Shown here: piece by piece, positions 50,416 to 60,648 of the stretch
Position numbering within the stretch: position 1 is the stretch's first letter
Layout of the letters: the number at the start of each line of letters is the position of its first letter
Virus record (IMG/VR): IMGVR_UViG_3300020020_000024
Length of the DNA stretch: 64,000 nucleotides
Source: an uncultured virus (IMG/VR IMGVR_UViG_3300020020_000024)
Taxonomy: Duplodnaviria; Heunggongvirae; Uroviricota; Caudoviricetes
Reading direction: 5' to 3' (one strand)
Position numbers and translations under genes: made by a program
Notes under the pieces: model-generated
What the model was told of the DNA's origin: nothing
Seen by the model: the letters and a program-made list of their open reading frames with translations, nothing else
Databases searched by the model: none

Positions 50416-52728
50416 ATGCTTTACATATATAAATGCAATAAGGCTGCTAGTAGATTGCAGCTATCTGTTAGTAATAGTAACGGTCAAACCATTTGGGGTT
50501 TGACCTATCCTGTTTATACAGAGAATGCCGCTACTGGTGGACTTGAACAAGACCCTACTATTATCGAACTTGGAATAATGAGGGATACTGATGATGTAGA
50601 TGGATTAAAAAACTATCTACTGCAGCAGTCAATTATTAAGCCTGATGATGAATTAATAAATGAAAAAGGATATGCTGATAAAGTAAGTAATGAAAAAAAA
50701 CAGAACAGGATCGTTGAGATCACTAAGACTAATCAAGATTTGGAAAGTCAATACCTGCAAGCAAGAACACTTTTTTGCAGAGAAGGCGGTATCCTTCATG
50801 GATCAAACACAACTCAGATAAAGACAATGGTTGATGCTGGTTACAATGAGTTGTCTGAGTTGCAGGGAATTTCATTTGCAAAGGGTGGAACAATTGAGGT
50901 TGATACTGTGCTATTGCCGGCACTCATAGCAGACCAAGTTGCATCAAAAGAAGTGGCCAATAATTTTAGAACTTCATCTTTGCCTGATGATTCAAAATCA
51001 AAACTAACTATTGAATTGACGGATTACCTTACCGATCATGCAAATACCCTTTATTCCAATAGCGAACATTTCAAAAAAATGTTAAATGCGAATGGTAACA
51101 AGGGCAGAGATAATCTTTATATGTTCATGCAGCATTGGAGTAAAGCATGGATGAATAAAAAAGCATGGTTGCCAAATGGCGGTAGAATCAATTCGAATTC
51201 TTTTCAAAAGGGTGGCAATATTGGAAATAATATTCTTTATTCGGTTGTGTATGGTGAAAATAGATTTGACTTTCACTTCAATAATGATAAGTCATTTATG
51301 CTCGTTGATCACATTACGGATTTCAGGGGAACGCAATTTGAGAGCATGTATCCAAACACAGGTGGTATTTCAAAAATAACAGGTGCATTCAAACAGCCGA
51401 TAATAAAAGGATTCAATGATAAAGATGAAACTGTTTCTATTAATCAGATAGGCAGAAAGATGCTTAAAGATTGGAAAGATATTTCTATGCCGTATGAAAA
51501 AGAGAGGGTGGTCACGGTTGATAGCTTTGAAAAAGGTGGTGTTACAAATAAAATAAAACTTGTTGTTGCTGACGAAAACACTCTTGGCTATATTGATCCA
51601 AGAGTACCCGATCATTTAAACATATTACATGGCTCTATTCTTAAAGGTTCTAACCTGGACTGGAGAAATGGCCCCACTTATGTTATGGGAAGAAATATTC
51701 GTTTGGCAAGTGAAAAAGATTTCAATGATTATGGAGTTATGTTTGATGGATATAAAAACTCAGGTGACTTTGAATATGCAGAACCTGCTAGTGAGAATTC
51801 ATTTGCAAAAGGTGGTGTAACTGATGAAGCGAAAGAAAATAGAAAGTTTTATTTGGAGCAGGTCAGGAAAATAGCAAAAGAAAAAGGTTACCGTACACAA
51901 GGAGACTTTATTTTTCTTTATCATGGCACTAATCAAGCTAATCATAAAAAGATAATCAAATCGGCAAAGTATAAAGCAGGAACTTGGTTTGCGGTAGATG
52001 AAGAAACGGCAAGGAAATACGGCAGACAATCTATTAGTAAAGGTGAACCTGTTGTTTCGATTGCAATTGTTTATATGGGCAGTCTTTATTACAATGGCTA
52101 TTTTTCTTCCTTAGAGGATTTGTATTTGCAGAATGGTAAATATCAGCCCAAAGATATGAACCTGTTTGCGACAGGAGGAACAGCTAAACTAAACATAACA
52201 AGGCAAAAGTTTGATCTTGGCGGCGAAGCGAATGATTATAAAATTGAAAAGTCATTTTATGTAAGGGATACTTTAGTTGATAAAGATCACTTCAATTCAC
52301 TTCCTATCGAAAAAAGAAAAGCAATAACGGAGGCAATTGCAAAAGCCCCACGAAATTATATTGATGCAAGAACGGCACTTGGCCCCGATCAGGCTCGTAG
52401 AATGAATGATAAGCAAAGAGATAAGTTAAGTGATACTGCACTTCAAATGTTTCGTGTCGAAGATGAAGTAAAAGAATTACTCAAATCCGACGACCAGGCT
52501 GAAAAAGAAAAAACACAGGCTAGGATAAAGGAACTTGAATCAAAGAAATTGCAACTGACTCGTCATAATGAAACATTGCATCAGGTCTATAAACACAAAT
52601 TGGAGTCAAAAAGAGACAATCCGGCTAAAAGAACCGTTACGGATAATAATGAACGATTGAGGTTGATTGACGAAGAATTATCTTCCCTTCAAAAAAAAAT
52701 AACCCATGTCCAACGTATCAAAATATAA
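50416..52728 (+). CDS. 770-aa multi-module protein with 6 FxxGG motifs, including an ADP-ribosyltransferase-like module
   Basis: FAKGG, FQKGG, FEKGG, FAKGG, FATGG, FDLGG; LYHGT module; C-terminal coiled coil. Confidence 0.8.
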   Translation: MLYIYKCNKAASRLQLSVSNSNGQTIWGLTYPVYTENAATGGLEQDPTIIELGIMRDTDDVDGLKNYLLQQSIIKPDDELINEKGYADKVSNEKKQNRIVEITKTNQDLESQYLQARTLFCREGGILHGSNTTQIKTMVDAGYNELSELQGISFAKGGTIEVDTVLLPALIADQVASKEVANNFRTSSLPDDSKSKLTIELTDYLTDHANTLYSNSEHFKKMLNANGNKGRDNLYMFMQHWSKAWMNKKAWLPNGGRINSNSFQKGGNIGNNILYSVVYGENRFDFHFNNDKSFMLVDHITDFRGTQFESMYPNTGGISKITGAFKQPIIKGFNDKDETVSINQIGRKMLKDWKDISMPYEKERVVTVDSFEKGGVTNKIKLVVADENTLGYIDPRVPDHLNILHGSILKGSNLDWRNGPTYVMGRNIRLASEKDFNDYGVMFDGYKNSGDFEYAEPASENSFAKGGVTDEAKENRKFYLEQVRKIAKEKGYRTQGDFIFLYHGTNQANHKKIIKSAKYKAGTWFAVDEETARKYGRQSISKGEPVVSIAIVYMGSLYYNGYFSSLEDLYLQNGKYQPKDMNLFATGGTAKLNITRQKFDLGGEANDYKIEKSFYVRDTLVDKDHFNSLPIEKRKAITEAIAKAPRNYIDARTALGPDQARRMNDKQRDKLSDTALQMFRVEDEVKELLKSDDQAEKEKTQARIKELESKKLQLTRHNETLHQVYKHKLESKRDNPAKRTVTDNNERLRLIDEELSSLQKKITHVQRIKI

Positions 52729-55700
52729 GAAAGTTCAGTTCAAAGGAGATGATGATGTTTTCTATTATGTAATAGAAGATAAAGGGGATAGTTATAAAGT
52801 TGTTATTGACGAGAAGATCAACCATTTTAAAAGTACCGAAGGCACTCCGGAGGAAATGTATTATGTTGAGTTTATCCCAAAATCGGAATTCAAATCTGAA
52901 ACGTTTGATGATGGTGGGTCGCTTGATTCTTTTGACCAATGGAAGAACGGCCCTGGTTATACTGCTGCGATAACAGCATTAAATGAAAAAGACATCAATT
53001 ATTTATCATGGTCTGATGTTGACATTTATAAGTGGTGGTTGAAGTACGACGAAGATGAAGAATTTGCCAAAGGCGGTTCAGTTGATGAACAAGTCCAGGA
53101 GTTGCTTGATAAAAAACAAGAGAAAAAACAATTTAAAGATATTGGCAAAAGAGTTGCAGGAAGCAAAAAAGAAAAACGAGCTTACTCACTAATTACATTT
53201 TCTGACCTGTCTGATCTTGAACAGGACGAATTAACCGCACATGAAATAGTTACAAAGGATCGTGTATATCCAGAAGTGAACGTTGCCGAACAAAAAGCAG
53301 CCGGGGTAAGTAGTGGTGCTGCATTTCTTAAAGTTGAATTGCGAAAAAGTTGTGCTGCACAGCCGCCAAACAGTAAAGATAAACGTGCTTCATTCATTTC
53401 CTTCATCCAGGTTCTTACAGCAAGACACGATAATGTAAAAAGCGTTACTCAATTAAGAGAATCCTGGTATGGACTTCGTGACCTTAATGAAGAACAGATC
53501 ATTGAATACCTTTTTAATCCTATCTATAAAACATTAAGCGACGAAATAAAAAAGACGGCAAAGGACAGATTCAAAACTGCATTTCCTTTTTATTCTTATG
53601 CTAAAGGTTCATTTATTGAACAGGTAATTAGCGAAGTGTTTGGAAAAAGATTTTCAAACTTTTTATTTTTTCAAAGCGATTCTGCAAAAGAGGCATATCA
53701 AAAAGCCAAGGATCTAGAAGCGGTTACCGCAGAACAGGAGATTGAGCGTACTGCAAGGTATTTGGAGATAAGACAGAACGCCATCAATAAAACAAAAGAA
53801 AAAATAAAAGAATATACTGACGCATCGGAAGATCAGTTAAAGGAACTCACCAAGAATTGGTCTCGGTTAGACCCGTTATGGAAAAAGCATCCGGAAGAAT
53901 TCAGGAAGTTTGGTCTCAATTATTATAACAGGAAATTAAAAGACGACCAGGCTGCATTTGATAATGTTCCTGCTTCCTATAAGGAGCGTCCTGATGATTG
54001 GAGTTGGTTTGAGCAGCCAAAGGATAAGAAGGAGGGGCAGAGGTCGGGTGAGATGGTAATCAATAGTGGTATTCCTCTGAGTTTTATTAAACGTACTGGT
54101 GGGCTTGTAATAAAAGAAAAATATGTTGACGAAGCAAGGAACACAAACTTGGAAGAAAATCCGATCACAAATGATTTTGGATTTAAGTCAGTTCAATTTG
54201 GTAATGCCCTTCGTGATAAAGAAGCAAGAGAGCATATTCGTCATTTCCTCGGTGCTATATCAGATATGGCTGAGGTTCTTGACATAGATATAAAAGCAAT
54301 GAATGGAATAGGTGGGCTTAGTATGGCATTTGCCGCCCGGGGCGCAGGTAGAGCATTAGCGCACTATGAACCAGGAAGGGCGATCATCAATCTTACTAAT
54401 AAGCGTGGCGATGGTACTGTTGCGCATGAGTATGCTCACTATATTGATAACGCTATCATGATTCACGGCAGGGAGAGAACAACCACATCACATGCAACTG
54501 AAAGAACAACTCCAAGTATTGAAGATAGAATACAAAATGAAAATGTTGCAGAAGCGGTGAGAGCCATTGTTCATTTTATCAATAAGGGTAAGCCTGGGAT
54601 CACACCGGGGGTAACAAAATATTTTGCTAGTTGGAAAATTGGTGAAATAAGATCATTCAATAAGGGGAAGAAATCTGTTACGCTTGATAAACCTCCACGT
54701 TTTTACGACGAAGTAAAAAAAGAATTTACAGAAGTGCAGATGCTTGATACGATTGAGGACACGATCAAGGATTTGAAATCGAAAACAAGGATTGCACGTT
54801 CACTCGTTACTGATGATCCTATCAGGCAGTCTCAGATATTTGGTTTTGTCATTGCTCATTTCAACTTAGATGATTATGAAGTAGAGTTTGATGCGCCAAA
54901 TGAAAGTGCCTACAAATATTATAGTAGTCGTATGCGCAGTCAGTATTGGATCGCCATAGCAGAAATGTTTGCCCGTGCTTTTGAATGTTTTGTTTTTGAC
55001 AAATTGCAATCTCTGGGCCGCATGAATAATTATTTAGTAAGTGGATCGCTGTTTGAAAAACAAATATTTACTGCCGAAGGTGGTTTTACTTATGTGTATC
55101 CATTTGGTGCTGAAAGAAAATATTTATATGGTTTGTATGACAATCTTATCCAAGTAATAAAAAAAGAGTATGGATTGAAATCATTTGAGACCTTTACTGA
55201 TATCAGGGAAGATGAATATGTTGCATTTGATGAACAAAAAGAAAAAGGTGGTAGTCTGGAAGGCCCGGGTTGGAGAAAATCGGAATATGCAAAGGGTGGA
55301 ACAGTTGACATGAAGGGAAAACTTTCAGATTATCTGCACCAGCTTGAAAAGGATGAAATATATGACGAAGATTTGGAAATGTCAATTTGGAGGGTAGAAG
55401 GATATTCTCATGATCTTTCTGTAACTCAATGTACGTCGAGCGCCATGCTTATTGCAGATACATTTGGTGGCAAAGTATATGGTTATTCTCTTGACATGGA
55501 AGATAACGATAGTGAAAAAATTGGTAGTGATAGTGGTGGTCATGATTTCGCAATTGTAGGTGATTATCTTATTGACTATTGGGGCAGGTATGTTAATGGA
55601 GATAAAAAACTTAAACCAGTTCTGCATTTAAAAGAGGATGCAAAAGAAATTGAAAAATATTATCTACCCCAATCAGAGTGGGAAGAAGTTCCGCATTGGA

Positions 55701-57583
55701 AATTAGAAGAACAATCAGAAGCATTTGCAAAAGGTGGTAAGGTGGATCGGTATTCAAGCGGTAATGATAAAATAAAAGCAACAGGTGTTGCGAATAAAGA
55801 AGAATTTGTAAAAAAGTATAGATCGTTTTTTTCAGACATTGCCGAAAAGGAAAAGATAGGAAAATATTTAGGCATAAGCGAACATATATTCTCTGATGGG
55901 TATGACACTATCCGCATTTTTGGTGAGAAAGGATTTGTGGAGATTGAGATTAATGATTTTGAAAATTTTAATAAGGATGGCAGTTATCGTGTAGCAACGA
56001 ACAATGTTAAGTTTATGTACGATAATGGTGGTATTGTTCCAGATCAAACGCAACTGCTAAATGATATCTCAGCATTACCAAAGGATGACTATATAAAAAA
56101 GTTGTATGCAAACGACCCTGAAAAGATGTTAGGATTTATTCAGGAGCAAGCAACTGGTATGGATCATCCCAGAACATACGCCGGTGATCCTGCTTATGGC
56201 CCGATCGTCAGAGATTACGGAGCAGACATTGTTAAACGAGCGATTCAGTTATTATCTGATAGTGAAAAACAAATGATCCTTGCTTCTTGGAAAAAAAGAA
56301 ATACAAAAGTTCCTCGTAGACTTTTAGAAATAATAGATGAAAGTGAGTTTACATCTCCGCATGATTATGATGTCGCAGTATGGATACAAAAAACTGAAAA
56401 TAGTAAGCTGGAATTAAGCAAACTGATGTCATCTAGCTATAATACAACTGAACCTGTTGTCATTGCTACTGCAATGCAAACGGTAATAAAAGCATCGAAT
56501 GAATATTACAATGCTTTTGCTTATATAAGAAAGGGAACAGAAGTAGTTGCGACCGTATATCCAAATGAGGTAGATTTGGAAGAAAGGATTCAAATGGCAA
56601 AAGGCGGCAAACTTCCAGATAGTTATATTGAATGGTCACAGGTAGAACAAAAGCTATATAAAAGACTGAAACAATTCTTTGGCGATAAGCATATCTCCGT
56701 ATTTAAAGACCTTACATTACATGACACTACAACTGATCATGTTTACCGTAAAGAGTTATTATTAAAAAAGATAGGCGGCAATATAGTCGAAGTCGTAGTT
56801 GTTTACTACCATGGCCAGAAACCTGAAAGTGTTGGAGATATTGTTTACGATATTAAAAAAGACGAACTCACTTTTGATTTTTCAGGAATTGATCATTGGA
56901 ATCTAAAATCACAAACTGAAAAATTTGCAAGTGGTGGTGAAGTAAATAAAACACTTGGAGAAGGTTGGTTTTATATTTGGGTAACTCCAAAGAATAAAAA
57001 CTTTAAGCCACACATTTGGATTGAAGGCGGTTTGTTTAATTCAAAGCTTTCAGCAACCAAACATATCAAGCAACTAAAAGAAACAAAATTATATGAAGAT
57101 GTCGAAGTTGGTCAGGTATCAGAATGGTTCAATAAGGCTGGCAATTTGGAAAACGATTCAGCACCTGCGGTTCAAAAAACATTTATTGAACAACAGGAAA
57201 ATAATCCAGAGAAAATCAGAACGTCCTTAAATGATTATAAACCTTCGCCTGTGATCCTTGCGGCCCTGGGTAAGCCTGATATTCAGAAAAGAGGAAAGGA
57301 TAAGAACGTGCATACTAAAATGGATTGGGAATTCATGGAAGGTGATACTAAATACACAATAACGGTTGATCAGAATAAAGATTCATTTGCTATTTATTCC
57401 GGTTCATATGGTTCTCATGGAGATAACATTAATATAAACAAATGGAGACAGTATGACCAGGATTTTGCGGAGAGTGCTGAGGAAATTGATCGTTATATTT
57501 TCAAGCAATGGGTTAGTATTAAGACATTGCAAGAGAGAATGGAAAAACTCATTGAGCAAATGAGAGCAAAATCAGCCGTATAA
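52706..57583 (+). CDS. 1625-aa polyvalent protein with LPD1/HExxH module and 7 [FYM]xxGG motifs
   Basis: VQFGN, AFAARG.G.A.AHYEP...INLT...GDG..AHEYAH.ID, YW....EMFARAFE, NNYL, YP.G.ER. Confidence 0.85.
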   Translation: MSNVSKYKKVQFKGDDDVFYYVIEDKGDSYKVVIDEKINHFKSTEGTPEEMYYVEFIPKSEFKSETFDDGGSLDSFDQWKNGPGYTAAITALNEKDINYLSWSDVDIYKWWLKYDEDEEFAKGGSVDEQVQELLDKKQEKKQFKDIGKRVAGSKKEKRAYSLITFSDLSDLEQDELTAHEIVTKDRVYPEVNVAEQKAAGVSSGAAFLKVELRKSCAAQPPNSKDKRASFISFIQVLTARHDNVKSVTQLRESWYGLRDLNEEQIIEYLFNPIYKTLSDEIKKTAKDRFKTAFPFYSYAKGSFIEQVISEVFGKRFSNFLFFQSDSAKEAYQKAKDLEAVTAEQEIERTARYLEIRQNAINKTKEKIKEYTDASEDQLKELTKNWSRLDPLWKKHPEEFRKFGLNYYNRKLKDDQAAFDNVPASYKERPDDWSWFEQPKDKKEGQRSGEMVINSGIPLSFIKRTGGLVIKEKYVDEARNTNLEENPITNDFGFKSVQFGNALRDKEAREHIRHFLGAISDMAEVLDIDIKAMNGIGGLSMAFAARGAGRALAHYEPGRAIINLTNKRGDGTVAHEYAHYIDNAIMIHGRERTTTSHATERTTPSIEDRIQNENVAEAVRAIVHFINKGKPGITPGVTKYFASWKIGEIRSFNKGKKSVTLDKPPRFYDEVKKEFTEVQMLDTIEDTIKDLKSKTRIARSLVTDDPIRQSQIFGFVIAHFNLDDYEVEFDAPNESAYKYYSSRMRSQYWIAIAEMFARAFECFVFDKLQSLGRMNNYLVSGSLFEKQIFTAEGGFTYVYPFGAERKYLYGLYDNLIQVIKKEYGLKSFETFTDIREDEYVAFDEQKEKGGSLEGPGWRKSEYAKGGTVDMKGKLSDYLHQLEKDEIYDEDLEMSIWRVEGYSHDLSVTQCTSSAMLIADTFGGKVYGYSLDMEDNDSEKIGSDSGGHDFAIVGDYLIDYWGRYVNGDKKLKPVLHLKEDAKEIEKYYLPQSEWEEVPHWKLEEQSEAFAKGGKVDRYSSGNDKIKATGVANKEEFVKKYRSFFSDIAEKEKIGKYLGISEHIFSDGYDTIRIFGEKGFVEIEINDFENFNKDGSYRVATNNVKFMYDNGGIVPDQTQLLNDISALPKDDYIKKLYANDPEKMLGFIQEQATGMDHPRTYAGDPAYGPIVRDYGADIVKRAIQLLSDSEKQMILASWKKRNTKVPRRLLEIIDESEFTSPHDYDVAVWIQKTENSKLELSKLMSSSYNTTEPVVIATAMQTVIKASNEYYNAFAYIRKGTEVVATVYPNEVDLEERIQMAKGGKLPDSYIEWSQVEQKLYKRLKQFFGDKHISVFKDLTLHDTTTDHVYRKELLLKKIGGNIVEVVVVYYHGQKPESVGDIVYDIKKDELTFDFSGIDHWNLKSQTEKFASGGEVNKTLGEGWFYIWVTPKNKNFKPHIWIEGGLFNSKLSATKHIKQLKETKLYEDVEVGQVSEWFNKAGNLENDSAPAVQKTFIEQQENNPEKIRTSLNDYKPSPVILAALGKPDIQKRGKDKNVHTKMDWEFMEGDTKYTITVDQNKDSFAIYSGSYGSHGDNININKWRQYDQDFAESAEEIDRYIFKQWVSIKTLQERMEKLIEQMRAKSAV

Positions 57584-57675
57584 TTATTTTCATTACTTTT
57601 ATACCGGATTCCAATATCATTGACAAAACATTTTAATACTGCAAATAAATTTCAAAACTCCTAAACCCAATTATC

Positions 57676-58218
57676 ATGAAATTCCCCGGTAAACTTACAG
57701 AACATGGCTACACGGAACTAACTGTTTCAACAGGTGTAAAAAAAGATATTAAGGATTATCACAAATTAGCTGAGGCTATTGGTGATGCAGAGCAAGAGTT
57801 ACAAACAGAAGGACTCTCAGAGAGAAGGATCAGTACACTCAATGCTGAGATAGCAGAAGGAAAAGCGGATTTGGAAGCTCTCGATACTAAAATCTGCAAT
57901 GGCATTGACAGGTACAAAAAGAACGAGGCTACTTACAAAACGCAAGGCAAAAGGATGAACGATGCAAGGAAAAGTAAAACTGGTGATAAGCAACAAGTGA
58001 AGGCTACCGGCATCACTACACCTGCTGCTACACCTGCTGCACAGACCATACCTGCGGCTGATGAAGGTCAACAACAGCAACAACAGCAGCAACAAACAGC
58101 TACTGCTACTCCACCATCCGTTAAGAAAGAAAGTAGTGGTTGGGGTTGGGTACTTGGCAGCATACTGGCACTTGCAGGTATAGGCACAACGGTATATCTT
58201 GTAAACAAAAACAAGTAA
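57676..58218 (+). CDS. coiled-coil protein with poly-Q linker and C-terminal TM
   Basis: Poly-Gln run; WGWVLGSILALAGIGTTVYL then NKNK. Confidence 0.8.
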   Translation: MKFPGKLTEHGYTELTVSTGVKKDIKDYHKLAEAIGDAEQELQTEGLSERRISTLNAEIAEGKADLEALDTKICNGIDRYKKNEATYKTQGKRMNDARKSKTGDKQQVKATGITTPAATPAAQTIPAADEGQQQQQQQQQTATATPPSVKKESSGWGWVLGSILALAGIGTTVYLVNKNK

Positions 58219-58219
58219 T

Positions 58220-58540
58220 ATGGAGGCATTACAGGTCATCGCTAACCGAACTAAAAGAATTGATAAGTTTATTGCAATTGCAATGCCTATTGCCATTCTA
58301 ATTGGGGCTGGTTATTGGATATACCTGAACGTATATCGTCCTTATGTAAAAATTGTGGAAATTGATTATAAGAAAGGAATTGCTACGGTGAAGATCGGAA
58401 CAAAAGAAAGGCATATCTATAAAGGCTCTATTACTGCTGCCGGTGGTGGGTGGGGTGTTAGGTTCGGGCCGTATGGATATGATGAAGAACCAAACAGGAT
58501 CGAACTTGTTAAAGATGATTTAGTGTATCGGGTGTTTTAG
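58220..58540 (+). CDS. N-terminal TM protein
   Basis: FIAIAMPIAILIGAGYWIYL. Confidence 0.7.
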   Translation: MEALQVIANRTKRIDKFIAIAMPIAILIGAGYWIYLNVYRPYVKIVEIDYKKGIATVKIGTKERHIYKGSITAAGGGWGVRFGPYGYDEEPNRIELVKDDLVYRVF

Positions 58541-58562
58541 TTTTAAATCCAATATTTCATAT

Positions 58563-58961
58563 ATGAAAATCCAAGCCTTAGTTGTGGACTACACAACAAA
58601 AGAACCATTGGGATATTTCAGCGCATGTTTTATAAACAATGCTACTGGAGAGCAGGAAGGAAGTTGCACTATGGTTAATAGTGATGGTTACCTGATGATA
58701 AATGATCCGCTCTTAGACAGACCGGATATATCAGTAGAAATATCCGGTGTTGGTTATAGAACACAAAGATTTTCTCCCGAAGAACTTGCACTCGGCCAGG
58801 CTGAACTGAGACAAAAAGCATCAAACACTCTTTCTGATGTTATAATCACAGGTATTAAAAAGAAACTTCCTGAGAGTCAAAAGAAGTACACCGTTCCTAT
58901 AATTCTAGGATCGGCTGCAATGGTCACTTTTAGTATATGGGCATATAAAACCTGGTTTTAA
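58563..58961 (+). CDS. carboxypeptidase-regulatory-like beta domain with C-terminal TM
   Basis: VVD..TKEPL, ISGVGY.TQ, TLSDVIIT, C-terminal TM. Confidence 0.65.
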   Translation: MKIQALVVDYTTKEPLGYFSACFINNATGEQEGSCTMVNSDGYLMINDPLLDRPDISVEISGVGYRTQRFSPEELALGQAELRQKASNTLSDVIITGIKKKLPESQKKYTVPIILGSAAMVTFSIWAYKTWF

Positions 58962-59539
58962 TGAAAATAAAACCAGTACACACTATTATAGTTGCAGGAG
59001 TTGCAGTAGCTGCATTTATGCTTTTATCTTGGAGAAAAAAAGTTTCCCGGCTGGCAAAACTTTATGCTGGTGTAAATGAGATAGGAAATAATGTTGCGGT
59101 TTCTGATCCGCAGCTTAATGAGTGGCTAAAGGCAGTTGGCTGGAAAAATGGTGAAGCCTGGTGCATGTATTTTGTAAAAGCTCTTTACATGAATGCGTTT
59201 CCCAATAAGGCTGCTGAGATCAATAAAATTCTTACAGGATCAACGCAAGGAAGTTGGGCAAATGTAAAACAGCATCCAGATGTTTTTAAAGTGATCATAG
59301 ATGGAAAGCCTATGTCTGGTGATATCATCATTTGGCAAAGCGTGAACGACCCGTCAAAAGGACATGCGGGTATCGTTTATAAAAGAGATTCAGGAGATAA
59401 ATATTTTACTGTTGAAGGAAACTCGGATTTATCCGGTAGTGCAGAAGGTGATGGTGTTTCAAAAAATACGAGAACGCTTGTTCCAGGAACTGTTGAAGGA
59501 AGTTTGAAGTTGCTTGGATTTATCCGTTTAAAGATGTGA
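58961..59539 (+). CDS. CHAP-domain peptidoglycan hydrolase with N-terminal membrane anchor
   Basis: AWCMYFV, GDIIIW, GHAGIV, TVEGN. Confidence 0.85.
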   Translation: MKIKPVHTIIVAGVAVAAFMLLSWRKKVSRLAKLYAGVNEIGNNVAVSDPQLNEWLKAVGWKNGEAWCMYFVKALYMNAFPNKAAEINKILTGSTQGSWANVKQHPDVFKVIIDGKPMSGDIIIWQSVNDPSKGHAGIVYKRDSGDKYFTVEGNSDLSGSAEGDGVSKNTRTLVPGTVEGSLKLLGFIRLKM

Positions 59540-59578
59540 TAATCATTGCTAATTCAAAAAACGATCGATTGAAATCAA

Positions 59579-60259
59579 ATGGGAATAAAAACATTTTATA
59601 TTGAAGAAACCGGAGACATACAACTCACTCTTTATGTATATTCTAAAGGTGAAGGATGTCCACTTTCTAATAATGGTACTCACTACGCCAGACAACTTAT
59701 TGAAGAACGATATAGGTTGTCAGATGATAGGAAGGTCGGATTGATCCCTGATGATCTTCAAAAACTAATTGAAGAAAAATACAAATGGCCAGTTCATTGT
59801 AATTGCGGTTATGAGTTCAGGCCAGAAGATGACAGATCAATTTTGCGTGATGCCGAATACATAAGCCCAACTGGTGAAAAAATGACAAGACGCAATGCCC
59901 CTGTTGGTGCGATGTGGGATGCAGATTGGTTGCATGATGTTCCAGAACTTTGCGGGGCTGATGGCATATCACTGCATGTAAGAACTCCCAATGGTTGTGA
60001 TTGGAATATTGATGGACGTGGCACTAATTGCGATAGTCCTTGTGAAGTTTGTGGAGTTTCATATCATCAGCATAAAATAAATAATGAAGCAGGACATTTT
60101 TATAAGGATGCACGTCCGCATAAATGTTGGGTGCGTCATGGCGATCCAAAGTCAGGCAATGTTAATGTAGATAAAAATGGAGTAACCTGCGGTGCCGGTG
60201 GTGGAAGTATTCAGATCGGAGATTATCATGGTCATTTGCACAATGGAGAATTTACATAA
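59579..60259 (+). CDS. Cys/His-rich hypothetical protein
   Basis: GAMWDA.W, HKCWVRHG, TCGAGGGSI, YHGHL. Confidence 0.7.
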   Translation: MGIKTFYIEETGDIQLTLYVYSKGEGCPLSNNGTHYARQLIEERYRLSDDRKVGLIPDDLQKLIEEKYKWPVHCNCGYEFRPEDDRSILRDAEYISPTGEKMTRRNAPVGAMWDADWLHDVPELCGADGISLHVRTPNGCDWNIDGRGTNCDSPCEVCGVSYHQHKINNEAGHFYKDARPHKCWVRHGDPKSGNVNVDKNGVTCGAGGGSIQIGDYHGHLHNGEFT

Positions 60260-60637
60260 TTGAAAAAGAGACATTACATATTAGCAGCGATTGCAGGGGT
60301 AACTACTGGCTATTTACTTGGTTGGTACTGGACTAAAAAATGGTATGATATAAATGCACCTTATGGAAAGCTGCTTGGTTATCCTGATTGTTGTATAAAA
60401 GCGTTCTGTGACCAGCCGCCACAGTTACTAAAGATCACAAGGCTTACTGACGATGATAGAATGAGATTTGATGCGGCGCATATTAACGGAGAATATACCG
60501 GCTTTATTCCATGTGCCGAACATGCAAGACAGGTCAAGACAGGAGATATAACACTTCAATCACTTATTAAAAATAGGAGTGATGAATTTCCAGAGTTCCC
60601 GAAGAACAGATTCGATGTAACAATTATTTCAAACTAA
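60260..60637 (+). CDS. N-terminal TM protein
   Basis: TM segment, then YGKLLGYPDCCIKAF and FIPC..H. Confidence 0.65.
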   Translation: MKKRHYILAAIAGVTTGYLLGWYWTKKWYDINAPYGKLLGYPDCCIKAFCDQPPQLLKITRLTDDDRMRFDAAHINGEYTGFIPCAEHARQVKTGDITLQSLIKNRSDEFPEFPKNRFDVTIISN

Positions 60638-60648
60638 ACCCAATATTT

